From a virus (taxonomy: Duplodnaviria; Caudoviricetes): a stretch of DNA of 64,000 nt. The position numbers were made by a program, and so were the translations under genes. Position 1 is the first letter of the stretch. Every line of letters starts with the position of its first letter. Shown in pieces: positions 7,570-16,115 of this stretch. The stretch is from positions 1-64,000 of the IMG/VR virus record IMGVR_UViG_3300035703_000043; one strand, 5' to 3'. A model generated the notes under the pieces. It saw only the letters and a program-made list of their open reading frames with translations. It made no database searches and was not told the origin of the DNA.

Positions 7570-7671
7570 ACACCCATTAACCGGGACCTATGGGGTGTAT
7601 AAAAACGTCTCTCATCTTACCTTCACTTGAGGGTAGTGAAGGAAATCAGTAAACGAGTAATCCCTATACTC
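7570..7671 (+). ncRNA. Structured psbA 5' leader, PhotoRC-II-like cis-regulatory RNA
   Basis: Three hairpins (ACACCCAT/ATGGGGTGT, CCTTCACT/AGTGAAGG, GAGTA/TACTC) with GGGAC/GTCTC and AGGG/CCCT pseudoknot pairings upstream of phage psbA. Confidence 0.65.
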
Positions 7672-7695
7672 ATACTTATTTCTTTTTAAAGTAAA

Positions 7696-8775
7696 ATGAC
7701 TGCTACAATTGCTACACGTAATTCTACTAACTCCTGGGAACAATTTTGCCAGTGGGTTACTTCAACGAACAACCGTCTTTATGTTGGTTGGTTCGGAACT
7801 CTGATGATTCCTACTCTGCTTGCTGCTACTGTATGTTTCATCGTCACCTTCATTGCCGCACCTCCGGTGGACATTGACGGTATTCGTGAACCTGTTGCTG
7901 GTTCACTCATGTACGGAAACAACATCATTTCTGGTGCTGTTGTTCCTTCAAGCAACGCAATCGGACTTCACTTCTATCCTATCTGGGAAGCAGCAAGTCT
8001 TGATGAATGGCTCTATAATGGTGGTCCTTACCAGTTGGTAGTCTTCCACTTCCTCATTGGTGTTTTCTGCTATATGGGTCGTGAGTGGGAACTTTCTTAC
8101 CGTCTTGGTATGCGTCCTTGGATTATGGTTGCTTACAGTGCTCCTGTTGCTGCTGCGACTGCCGTATTCTTGGTCTATCCTTTCGGTCAAGGTTCTTTCT
8201 CTGATGGTATGCCTCTTGGTATCTCTGGTACGTTCAACTACATGCTTGTGTTCCAGGCAGAGCACAACATCCTGATGCACCCCTTCCATATGCTTGGAGT
8301 TGCTGGTGTCTTCGGTGGTTCTCTGTTCAGTGCGATGCACGGTTCTCTGGTTACTTCCTCACTGGTTCGTGAAACTACTGAGAATGAGTCACAGAACTAT
8401 GGTTACAAGTTCGGTCAAGAAGAAGAGACTTATAACATCGTTGCTGCTCACGGTTACTTTGGACGACTGATTTTCCAATATGCTTCGTTCAACAACTCTC
8501 GTTCACTTCACTTCTTCCTTGCTGCTTGGCCCGTTGTAGGTATCTGGTTTGCTGCCCTCGGTGTAAGCACCATGGCATTTAACCTTAACGGATTTAATTA
8601 CAACCAAAGTATTCTTGACTCCCAAGGTCATGTAATTAACTCCTGGGCTGATGTTCTTAACCGTGCTAATCTTGGTTTCGAGGTGATGCATGAACGTAAC
8701 GCCCACAATTTTCCGTTGGATCTTGCTGCTGCTGAAAGCACCCCTGTTGCTCTCACTGCTCCTGCTATCGGTTGA
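7696..8775 (+). CDS. psbA: Photosystem II D1 protein (intronless, Glu130 form)
   Basis: Full D1 sequence with Y161, D170, E189, H190, H332, E333, H337, D342, A344 retained. Confidence 0.99.
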   Translation: MTATIATRNSTNSWEQFCQWVTSTNNRLYVGWFGTLMIPTLLAATVCFIVTFIAAPPVDIDGIREPVAGSLMYGNNIISGAVVPSSNAIGLHFYPIWEAASLDEWLYNGGPYQLVVFHFLIGVFCYMGREWELSYRLGMRPWIMVAYSAPVAAATAVFLVYPFGQGSFSDGMPLGISGTFNYMLVFQAEHNILMHPFHMLGVAGVFGGSLFSAMHGSLVTSSLVRETTENESQNYGYKFGQEEETYNIVAAHGYFGRLIFQYASFNNSRSLHFFLAAWPVVGIWFAALGVSTMAFNLNGFNYNQSILDSQGHVINSWADVLNRANLGFEVMHERNAHNFPLDLAAAESTPVALTAPAIG

Positions 8776-8795
8776 TAAAAACTCAATAGTTTTTG

Positions 8796-8821
8796 AGACC
8801 TCCTTTCGGGGGTCTTTTTTT
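8796..8821 (+). terminator. Intrinsic terminator after psbA
   Basis: AGACCTCC-TTTC-GGGGGTCT-TTTTTT, followed by TGTTATAAT and CATAAATA promoter motifs. Confidence 0.85.
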
Positions 8822-8862
8822 ATGTTATAATGCATAAATAATAATGCACGAAAAGAAAACAA

Positions 8863-9285
8863 ATGCCCAGACCTCTACAAATAACAGGAACAAAAATTTG
8901 CACTACTTGTGGTGTAGAAAAAGATATTAACCAATTTTATTTTCGGGGTGGAAATTATTCTCCAAATAGTCGTAAGTCAAAATGCAAAGAATGTGATAAA
9001 AAAAGAGTTGCAGAAAATTACGATCCTATTAAATATCAAGAACAACATCTTAAACGATCATATGGCATAACTCTAAACGAGTATAACCAAATGCTTGAAG
9101 GGCAAGATTACAAATGTATTACTTGCGGTACTACTGATCCTGGCGGCAAGCACGGAAAGTTTATGGTAGATCACTGCCACTCCACTGGTAAGGTTAGAGG
9201 TTTGCTTTGTAAGTCGTGTAATATTGCTCTTGGAGAAATAAAAGATAATAAGCAAACATTACAAAATATGCTTAATTACCTGTAA
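8863..9285 (+). mobile_element. Free-standing EndoVII-type homing endonuclease (F-CphI-like)
   Basis: N-terminal CxxC...CxxC; YGITLNEY...QDYKCITC...VDHCHSTGKVRGLLCKSCN; located between psbA and psbD. Confidence 0.85.
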
Positions 9286-9298
9286 GCACTAATACTCA

Positions 9299-9332
9299 TT
9301 GACCCTTTTGTTACGATATGTTAAGATAAATA
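9299..9332 (+). promoter_or_regulatory. psbD promoter with HLR1-like repeat over the -10 and a late promoter
   Basis: TTGACC-17 nt-TAAGAT; GTTACGAT-AT-GTTAAGAT (9310-9327); ATAAATA (9326-9332). Confidence 0.75.
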
Positions 9333-9353
9333 TGAGAAATGACAATGGAGACT

Positions 9354-10415
9354 ATGGTTTCTTCTACACTTTCACAACCTATTTCACAGAGAGGATGGTT
9401 TGATGTCTTGGATGACTGGCTTAAACGAGATCGCTTTGTCTTTGTGGGCTGGTCTGGATTACTTCTTTTTCCCACTGCTTATCTTGCGCTTGGTGGCTGG
9501 CTTACTGGCACAACGTTTGCTACAAGTTGGTACACCCACGGGATTGCGTCTTCTTACCTTGAAGGCTGCAATTTTCTTACAGCAGCAGTGTCAACTCCTG
9601 CTGACGCTATGGGTCATTCTCTTCTTTTACTTTGGGGTCCTGAGTCTCAGGGAGATTTCGTCCGCTGGGTCCAACTTGGGGGACTCTGGCCTTTTGTGGC
9701 ACTCCACGGTGCCTTTGCTCTCATAGGTTTTATGCTTCGTCAGTTTGAAATTGCACGTTTAGTAGGAATTAGACCGTACAATGCTATTGCGTTTTCTGGG
9801 CCTATTGCTGTTTTTGTCAGTGTGTTTCTCATGTATCCACTCGGACAATCATCTTGGTTCTTTGCGCCGTCGTTTGGTGTTGCTGCGATTTTTAGGTTCC
9901 TCCTATTCTTACAAGGTTTCCACAACTGGACTCTTAACCCCTTTCATATGATGGGAGTTGCTGGTATACTGGGTGGAGCACTGCTCTGTGCGATTCACGG
10001 AGCAACAGTTGAAAACACGCTATTTGAAGATGGCAATCAAGCAAACACGTTCAAAGCATTTGAACCTACGCAAGAGGAAGAGACTTACTCAATGGTTACT
10101 GCGAACCGCTTCTGGTCGCAGATTTTTGGAATTGCTTTTTCCAATAAGCGTTGGTTACATTTTTTCATGCTTTTTGTTCCCGTTATGGGTCTCTGGACTA
10201 GTTCTATTGGCATTATTGGTTTGGCTCTCAATCTTCGTGCTTATGATTTTGTAAGTCAGGAGATTCGAGCGGCAGAAGACCCTGAGTTTGAAACGTTCTA
10301 TACAAAGAACATCCTCCTTAACGAAGGATTGAGAGCGTGGATGGCACCAGTTGATCAACCTCATGAGAACTTTGTGTTCCCAGAAGAGGTTCTACCACGG
10401 GGCAACGCACTGTGA
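9354..10415 (+). CDS. psbD: Photosystem II D2 protein
   Basis: [16 protein letters not shown]...[10 protein letters not shown]; RBS GGAGA before ATG 9354. Confidence 0.99.
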   Translation: MVSSTLSQPISQRGWFDVLDDWLKRDRFVFVGWSGLLLFPTAYLALGGWLTGTTFATSWYTHGIASSYLEGCNFLTAAVSTPADAMGHSLLLLWGPESQGDFVRWVQLGGLWPFVALHGAFALIGFMLRQFEIARLVGIRPYNAIAFSGPIAVFVSVFLMYPLGQSSWFFAPSFGVAAIFRFLLFLQGFHNWTLNPFHMMGVAGILGGALLCAIHGATVENTLFEDGNQANTFKAFEPTQEEETYSMVTANRFWSQIFGIAFSNKRWLHFFMLFVPVMGLWTSSIGIIGLALNLRAYDFVSQEIRAAEDPEFETFYTKNILLNEGLRAWMAPVDQPHENFVFPEEVLPRGNAL

Positions 10416-10546
10416 ACTCTCAGTATCTTTTATACTTGGTTCTGTTTGTATTTGCTCTAATCGTTATTCTTAATGAGGATCACGATAATGACGATGATCA
10501 AGATGGGGGTATTTTACAACCTGTCTATTCACAAGGACAAACTTAA
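10412..10546 (+). CDS. 44-aa TM protein with Asp-rich tail
   Basis: GTGA overlap with the psbD stop; [44 protein letters not shown]. Confidence 0.6.
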   Translation: MNSQYLLYLVLFVFALIVILNEDHDNDDDQDGGILQPVYSQGQT

Positions 10547-10555
10547 AAAATAAAT

Positions 10556-10584
10556 AAGGGAGTTCTAAACGGACTCCTTTTTTT
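10556..10584 (+). terminator. Intrinsic terminator
   Basis: AAGGGAGTTC-TAAAC-GGACTCCTTT-TTTT. Confidence 0.75.
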
Positions 10585-10665
10585 ATGGCATTTCTTTTAA
10601 TACTCTTTCTCTTTGAACTTTTTGGTGTTATTATGTTCATATTATCAGTCGCACAAGATTTCTAA
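10585..10665 (+). CDS. 26-aa hydrophobic peptide
   Basis: MAFLLILFLFELFGVIMFILSVAQDF. Confidence 0.4.
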   Translation: MAFLLILFLFELFGVIMFILSVAQDF

Positions 10666-10690
10666 TACATACAATAGTTACCTTTTAACT

Positions 10691-10852
10691 ATGAAAACTA
10701 TAACTTTCACAGAAGAACAAGTTAAACTTCTGGCAGATGCTGTATGGATGCGTCAACGTCGTTTTATTGCAGGAGATAAACGATTTAAAGAATATGGTGA
10801 AATATTAAATGATATTCTTGAAAATATGGACTATACCCCATCAAGATTCTGA
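10691..10852 (+). CDS. Hypothetical protein (53 aa)
   Basis: ATG 10691, MKTITFTEEQVKLLADAVW... Confidence 0.65.
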   Translation: MKTITFTEEQVKLLADAVWMRQRRFIAGDKRFKEYGEILNDILENMDYTPSRF

Positions 10853-10854
10853 TT

Positions 10855-11562
10855 ATGACTTACGATACAGTTTTTCTATCTGATGTTCATTTGGGCACTC
10901 CAAGATGTGATACTGAAAAATTTTATAATTTTCTTAAAAACTTAAAAACTAAAAAGTTGGTATTGGTCGGTGATATTATTGATATTCACTGTATGGAAAA
11001 ATATAATACCCGTTGGACAAAGGAACATACAAAATGTGTTCATCAAATTTTAAACTTGGCAAAAAAAGGAACAGAAGTCATTTATATTCTTGGAAATCAC
11101 GAAGCAGAAATTCGTCGTTATACTAATTTTGAACATAAGAACTTTCAAATGGTAGACGAATACACTCATAAGGACTCAAAGGGTAATAAGTTTCTTTGTA
11201 TTCACGGTGATAAGTATTCGGAATATTCTTCTGGGTCTTGGAAGCAGTTGATGTTCAATAAAGGATATGAGATCATTACACCATTAAGTTTATTTCTGGA
11301 AAGATTTTTTAGATTCTCTTTGGTGTATGCTTTAAAAAATACGGTTCGTGGTAAAAATTATATTGATCGTTATGAGACTGATATTGCATCATATTGTGTG
11401 CAAAGAGATAAGAAGTATGATGGTGTAATCTGTGGGCACATTCATCACGGAAATGTGAGATACTTTAATAAACTTTTGTATATGTGCTGTGGTGATTGGT
11501 GTGATACCTGTTCTGCGATTGTGGAGAAAAATGGAATTTATGCTCTTGAAAAATATAAATGA
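10855..11562 (+). CDS. Calcineurin-like metallophosphoesterase, LpxH-like family
   Basis: FLSDVHLG, LVGDIID, GNH, IHGD, ICGHIH, GDW. Confidence 0.85.
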   Translation: MTYDTVFLSDVHLGTPRCDTEKFYNFLKNLKTKKLVLVGDIIDIHCMEKYNTRWTKEHTKCVHQILNLAKKGTEVIYILGNHEAEIRRYTNFEHKNFQMVDEYTHKDSKGNKFLCIHGDKYSEYSSGSWKQLMFNKGYEIITPLSLFLERFFRFSLVYALKNTVRGKNYIDRYETDIASYCVQRDKKYDGVICGHIHHGNVRYFNKLLYMCCGDWCDTCSAIVEKNGIYALEKYK

Positions 11563-11681
11563 TTAGTTCGGAGACACCCTATAAACTTGCAGAGATTATC
11601 AGGAATACCTGGCCAGGTCTTTACAGAAAACCAGAACCATCTTATAATGAAGAAAAGGAATTGAAAAATGAAAAAGTATAA
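11559..11681 (+). CDS. 40-aa hypothetical protein
   Basis: ATGA overlap; MISSETPYKLAEIIRNTWPGLY... Confidence 0.55.
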   Translation: MISSETPYKLAEIIRNTWPGLYRKPEPSYNEEKELKNEKV

Positions 11682-11958
11682 CGAAGAATATTTTTCAGTC
11701 ATTGAAACCAAGACTGGAAGAAAGATTGTTGATTGTGGTGATGAGATGGATGCACTGACAATGGTTTCCTTTGACCCACAAAACCGAACCATTACAAGAA
11801 ATAAGATTCTGATGAGTCCTGTGATTGATATTGAGATTCCGAAGGCACTTCCTACATCTAATGTTGTTATGTCTAATGTTCAAGAGAATGTTCGTCATCA
11901 GGAACAACTTGGGCAAATCAAATTACCAGAAGGTCAAGGAGAACCTGTGGTGGTATGA
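11668..11958 (+). CDS. Hypothetical protein
   Basis: 96-aa ORF in operon. Confidence 0.7.
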   Translation: MKKYNEEYFSVIETKTGRKIVDCGDEMDALTMVSFDPQNRTITRNKILMSPVIDIEIPKALPTSNVVMSNVQENVRHQEQLGQIKLPEGQGEPVVV

Positions 11959-12158
11959 ACCATCGTAAACATAAACAAGCAGAGAATCTCAAAAAGAAAA
12001 AGATGTATACACCTGAGGGTTACGTTGGAGACCCCCCAGATGCTAAATGTCCACACTGCGGGGAGTCTGGAAAATCTTGTTCTCACGTAAATAGTTTAAG
12101 TCGTGCTTGGGCAAGGAGTGCTTGTGCCCATAAATACAAGAAAACTAATAATAGTTAA
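11955..12158 (+). CDS. Small basic Cys-containing protein
   Basis: CPHC...C...C; ATGA overlap. Confidence 0.6.
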   Translation: MNHRKHKQAENLKKKKMYTPEGYVGDPPDAKCPHCGESGKSCSHVNSLSRAWARSACAHKYKKTNNS

Positions 12159-13745
12159 ATGGGAAGATATATTAAGACAAGAATTGTTACTGATGGATTG
12201 ATTTATCTGAATGATGCTGGAAATAGTAAGTCATATTCTGGTGTAGGAACAGCAATCAAGAATTTAGTGGGTTATGGTGCCACAAATACAGCATTTGATC
12301 AAACATTTGTATCCTCAGGAACAACAAGTCATTTTATATCTACAACTACTTCATCTTATATAAGCAATACAAATGTAAGTGTAAGTGCCTCTACGGGAAG
12401 AGGATTTACGATTTGTATGATGGTGAAACCACAGACGTTAACAAATAGTGAATGGAATTATTGGTTTCAACAGGATAGTTCTAGATCTTCAGTTCAATTT
12501 GGAAGATATGGAACTTCTGGTGGATGGCAGATGAAGGACAATGCAAAACAAGAAGGGCAAAAAGTTTTTACTTCAGTCGGAACTACAACTTGGACTGTTC
12601 CAGTTGGTGTGAGCACTATTACTGCTATATGTGTTGGTGGTGGTGGAGGAGGTGGTGGACACAATTCCTCAGAAGGAGGAGGAGGTGGTGGAGGTGGTGG
12701 ACTATCATTTGGTTCTACTATATCTGTAACTCCAGGTGATGTTTTATACATAAGAGTTGGAAGTGGTGGAACTGGAGGAATTTCAACAACTTCATTTTCT
12801 GGTGGTACTGCTGGAGCAGGTTCAACTGGACAATCAAGTTATATAAAAACAGGGTCCCATTCTGGAACTTCTCTTCTTGAGGCTTTTGGTGGAACTGGAG
12901 GACAAGGGGGAGAAAATGGAGAAACTTATCCAAGTCCTGGAGTTGGGGGAACATTTGGAGGGACTTCATCGACTAATGGTGGAAATGGTGGAATTGGAGG
13001 AAGAGGAGGATCTTCTTATTCTGGTGGAGGTGGAGGTGCTGGTGGATATACTGGAGTTGGTGGAACTGGTGCTAGATCTAGTGGAACTAATGCTTCAGAT
13101 AGATCCACTTCTGGTCTTGGTGGTGGAGGAGGTGGAGGAGGAAATAGTCAAGGTAGTTTAGTAGTTAGTACATATTCAGAAATTTTAAATTCTGGAGGTG
13201 GAGTTGGAATATATGGATCAGGTGCTAATGGGTCTGGGGGAAACTATACATCTGGATATGATAATAGAGGTGGAGGTGGTGGAAGTTCGGGGGCAACTGG
13301 AGGATCTTCTGGGGGACTTTATGGTGGAGGTGGTGGAACACGACCAGAGAGTACTTTAGGAATCAATTACGTAAGGAACGGTGGTCAAGGTGGTCAAGGT
13401 GCTGTAAGAATTGTATGGGGTTCTAATAGATCTTATCCATCCACTAATGTTTCTAATGTTGCTATACCACCAACACAATCCACATCATTTAGTGACTGGA
13501 CTTTTGTTGTTTGCGGAGTAACAACAAACTATTATACTTTTATATCAACTAATGGATCTACTAAAACATTAGGTTCTTCAAATGATTGGAATAATTCTGA
13601 TGAAATTAATTTAAATAAAATATTTGGAACAGGAACAAGTAATTACAGTTGCTTATGGAACAATTGTATGATTTATAATCGTGAATTAACAAATGAAGAA
13701 ATCCAAATAAACTTTGAAGCATTTAGACGTAAGTTTAATCTCTAA
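12159..13745 (+). CDS. Probable virion protein: LamG/concanavalin-like domain interrupted by a glycine-rich domain
   Basis: IVTDGL...DAGNSKSY N-terminus, IYNRELTNEEIQINF C-terminus, central WTVPVGV...VGGGGGGG...GAVRIVWG; late promoter CATAAATA at 12129. Confidence 0.75.
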   Translation: MGRYIKTRIVTDGLIYLNDAGNSKSYSGVGTAIKNLVGYGATNTAFDQTFVSSGTTSHFISTTTSSYISNTNVSVSASTGRGFTICMMVKPQTLTNSEWNYWFQQDSSRSSVQFGRYGTSGGWQMKDNAKQEGQKVFTSVGTTTWTVPVGVSTITAICVGGGGGGGGHNSSEGGGGGGGGGLSFGSTISVTPGDVLYIRVGSGGTGGISTTSFSGGTAGAGSTGQSSYIKTGSHSGTSLLEAFGGTGGQGGENGETYPSPGVGGTFGGTSSTNGGNGGIGGRGGSSYSGGGGGAGGYTGVGGTGARSSGTNASDRSTSGLGGGGGGGGNSQGSLVVSTYSEILNSGGGVGIYGSGANGSGGNYTSGYDNRGGGGGSSGATGGSSGGLYGGGGGTRPESTLGINYVRNGGQGGQGAVRIVWGSNRSYPSTNVSNVAIPPTQSTSFSDWTFVVCGVTTNYYTFISTNGSTKTLGSSNDWNNSDEINLNKIFGTGTSNYSCLWNNCMIYNRELTNEEIQINFEAFRRKFNL

Positions 13746-13768
13746 ATAGTCATAAGTTGCAAAAACTT

Positions 13769-14140
13769 ATGACTCCTTTTCATTCGTCTGAAGAATATTT
13801 GTTCAATCTTTACACAACAAGTTCTGGAGAGGCAAGACGAATATGGAGACAGCACATTAAAGAAAATTGGAATCATAAGTGTGCTTACTGTGGTTCTGAA
13901 GAAAAATTAACTATTGATCATATAGTTCCAAGATCAAAGGGTGGTACTGATTTTACAAATAATGTTGTGTGCTGTTGTCAAGAATGCAATCATGATAAAG
14001 GGCACACAGATTGGGAAGATTGGTTCTCAAAGCAAATCTTTTTTACAGAAGAAAAAAGAAGTGCTATAATAAAATGGATGCACAATAAGCAAGAGCAAGT
14101 GCTCTATAAATATCCTCAAAGACAAAATAAAGTTTTATAG
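13769..14140 (+). CDS. HNH endonuclease
   Basis: CAYCG...LTIDHIVPRSKGG...NVVCCCQECNHDKG; CTAAATA upstream. Confidence 0.9.
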   Translation: MTPFHSSEEYLFNLYTTSSGEARRIWRQHIKENWNHKCAYCGSEEKLTIDHIVPRSKGGTDFTNNVVCCCQECNHDKGHTDWEDWFSKQIFFTEEKRSAIIKWMHNKQEQVLYKYPQRQNKVL

Positions 14141-14144
14141 TATT

Positions 14145-14393
14145 ATGAATTTTACAGTTTATTCAAAACAAGGTTGTCCTTATTGCGATAAGGTAAAGAC
14201 AATTTTAAATCTTCTGAGTGAATCAAAGGGATATAAAATTACTTCATATGAACTCAACACTGATTTTAATAGAGAGCAATTTTATTCCGAATTTGGAGAA
14301 GGTTCAACATTTCCTCAGGTAATTTTAAATGATTTGCATCTTGGTGGATGTACCGATACGATTTCTTATTTGAAAGAAAATAATATGCTCTGA
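14145..14393 (+). CDS. nrdC: Glutaredoxin
   Basis: CPYC, TFPQV, LGGCTD. Confidence 0.92.
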   Translation: MNFTVYSKQGCPYCDKVKTILNLLSESKGYKITSYELNTDFNREQFYSEFGEGSTFPQVILNDLHLGGCTDTISYLKENNML

Positions 14394-14395
14394 TC

Positions 14396-14581
14396 GTGTC
14401 TATAAATAATTTTGGAAATTATGGCATTAATCGTGGTTTTGAGTTAATGCTTAGAAAAAAAGGAGGAGAGAAAAAGGAAACAAAATTGACATTAAGAACT
14501 TTCAATTTTGAAAAAGTATTTTCTTTCCTTAAAAGAGAGATATATTTCAAAATTGAATTAGATATAATGAAAAAAAAGTAG
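14396..14581 (+). CDS. Hypothetical protein
   Basis: 61-aa ORF in operon (GTG start). Confidence 0.6.
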   Translation: MSINNFGNYGINRGFELMLRKKGGEKKETKLTLRTFNFEKVFSFLKREIYFKIELDIMKKK

Positions 14582-14598
14582 TCTCTCGGAGAAGATCA

Positions 14599-14835
14599 AT
14601 GACAGCAACGTATTTAGTGTTTGGTTCTTTTTTATTTGTTTTGTTTTTTATGGTAGGACTTTTTATCGGGTGGAGTGCCAGAGAATATATGATGAACTAT
14701 CAGGAAGGACCAAAACAAATTGCTTATCATCCAGAGTTTTACAATAAAAATGGTGAGTTAATTGATCAAGAAATTGTTTCAGTAAGATTTGATCCTGATT
14801 ATTTTATTGATGAAGATGATAGTGATAATGATTGA
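14599..14835 (+). CDS. Hypothetical membrane protein
   Basis: N-terminal TM, HPEFY motif, acidic tail; RBS GGAGA. Confidence 0.75.
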   Translation: MTATYLVFGSFLFVLFFMVGLFIGWSAREYMMNYQEGPKQIAYHPEFYNKNGELIDQEIVSVRFDPDYFIDEDDSDND

Positions 14836-14872
14836 TAAATAAATTTAATTAATTTAATTCTGCATTAATTTT

Positions 14873-15463
14873 ATGACAATGACAGTAAAAGAAAAAACAA
14901 CGACTAAAAGAACTACTTCAAAAGCAAAAGAAGTTGCAAATGAAAGTATAGATCTCCCTGCAAATCCTTTTGCTTTTGAGGTTTTAAAACTTGTTAGTTC
15001 ACAAAGAACTAATGCAAAAAAGATTGAAGTACTTAAAAAATATGAGCACGATTCTTTAAAAGCAATTTTTATATGGAATTTTGATGAATCGGTAATATCT
15101 GTTTTGCCAGAAGGTGATGTTCCCTTTTTTGGGGATAATACGATGAAGACGACAACAATGTCTGAAAGAATTGAAGAAGCAGTTAAACAATTGAGTGATT
15201 CTTCAATCGGAGCAATTGACCAAAAGTATTCTACAATACGTAAGGAATATGATAAATTTTATAACTTTGTAAAGGGTGGTAATGATTCTTTAAATGGTAT
15301 TCGTAGAGAAAATATTTTTGTAAATCTGTTGGAAGGTTTACATCCATTAGAAGCAGAGATTCTTTGTTTGTGTAAAGATAAAAAATTACAAACAAGATAT
15401 AAAATTACTAAAGAAATAGTTTCTGAAGCATACCCAGATATTACTTGGGGAAATAGAAGTTGA
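14873..15463 (+). CDS. Conserved T4-like cyanophage hypothetical protein
   Basis: WNFDESV...LPEGDVP, RRENIFVNLLEGLHPLEAEIL. Confidence 0.8.
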   Translation: MTMTVKEKTTTKRTTSKAKEVANESIDLPANPFAFEVLKLVSSQRTNAKKIEVLKKYEHDSLKAIFIWNFDESVISVLPEGDVPFFGDNTMKTTTMSERIEEAVKQLSDSSIGAIDQKYSTIRKEYDKFYNFVKGGNDSLNGIRRENIFVNLLEGLHPLEAEILCLCKDKKLQTRYKITKEIVSEAYPDITWGNRS

Positions 15464-15723
15464 TTATGCTATTAATACATAAAAATTGTGATCCTTCTGT
15501 ATCAAATAATAAAAGTTTGCCCAGGAATTCTTATTTAATTACATATCTTGAAGATGATCAAACAAAATATGATATTGTGCAAGCAGGTTCGTTTGTAGAA
15601 GTATTTGATAATTACTACGATCAATATGGTAAAGGCAATATCTTAAAGATTAAATGGACAGAAGGAACTGTAAATCCAAAATCATACAACTATCAAGTTA
15701 AAGATAAAAAAACAAAAAAATAA
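15460..15723 (+). CDS. Hypothetical protein
   Basis: 87-aa ORF overlapping the upstream stop. Confidence 0.7.
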   Translation: MIMLLIHKNCDPSVSNNKSLPRNSYLITYLEDDQTKYDIVQAGSFVEVFDNYYDQYGKGNILKIKWTEGTVNPKSYNYQVKDKKTKK

Positions 15724-15727
15724 GATA

Positions 15728-15766
15728 AAGGGGGGGATTGTCTTCTCCCTTTTTTTGTGTTAATAT
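15728..15766 (+). terminator. Terminator with overlapping sigma70 promoter
   Basis: AAGGGGGGGA-TTG-TCTTCTCCCTT-TTTTT; TTGTCT(15738)-17 nt-TAATAT with a TG extension. Confidence 0.65.
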
Positions 15767-15787
15767 AAAGTGAGAAGAAAACATTCT

Positions 15788-15949
15788 ATGGATAAAGAAA
15801 AACTAAAACTTATTGTCCGTAATTTGGAACTTTTAGTTGATTCTCTAAAGGCAGAAATTTATTCTGATGTTTCTGCATATAAGGCACCAAAGAGAACCAT
15901 TACTGATTACGATGAAATTTTTGAGGATGACGACGGATATGCCGACTAA
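15788..15949 (+). CDS. 53-aa hypothetical protein
   Basis: MDKEKLKLIVRNLELLVDSLKAEIYSD...DYDEIFEDDDGYAD; missed by the ORF track. Confidence 0.75.
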   Translation: MDKEKLKLIVRNLELLVDSLKAEIYSDVSAYKAPKRTITDYDEIFEDDDGYAD

Positions 15950-16115
15950 TAGAGCAAAAAAACTAATTAAACTTCTTGAACGATTGGTAAAGCAAGAACA
16001 TCTTTATACTGATGAAAAAATCAAAGAGATGAAAGAACAATTACGTTCACTCAAAAAACAATTTTCAGAACTTGAAGCAAAAACATCAAAAGGATTTGGA
16101 AAGAAATGGCAGTAA
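15939..16115 (+). CDS. Hypothetical coiled-coil protein
   Basis: MPTNRAKKLIKLLERL...KGFG. Confidence 0.7.
   Translation: MPTNRAKKLIKLLERLVKQEHLYTDEKIKEMKEQLRSLKKQFSELEAKTSKGFGKKWQ

Noticed and set aside
7696-10415. Group I intron in psbA or psbD
   Set aside because: Both ORFs are continuous and of normal length
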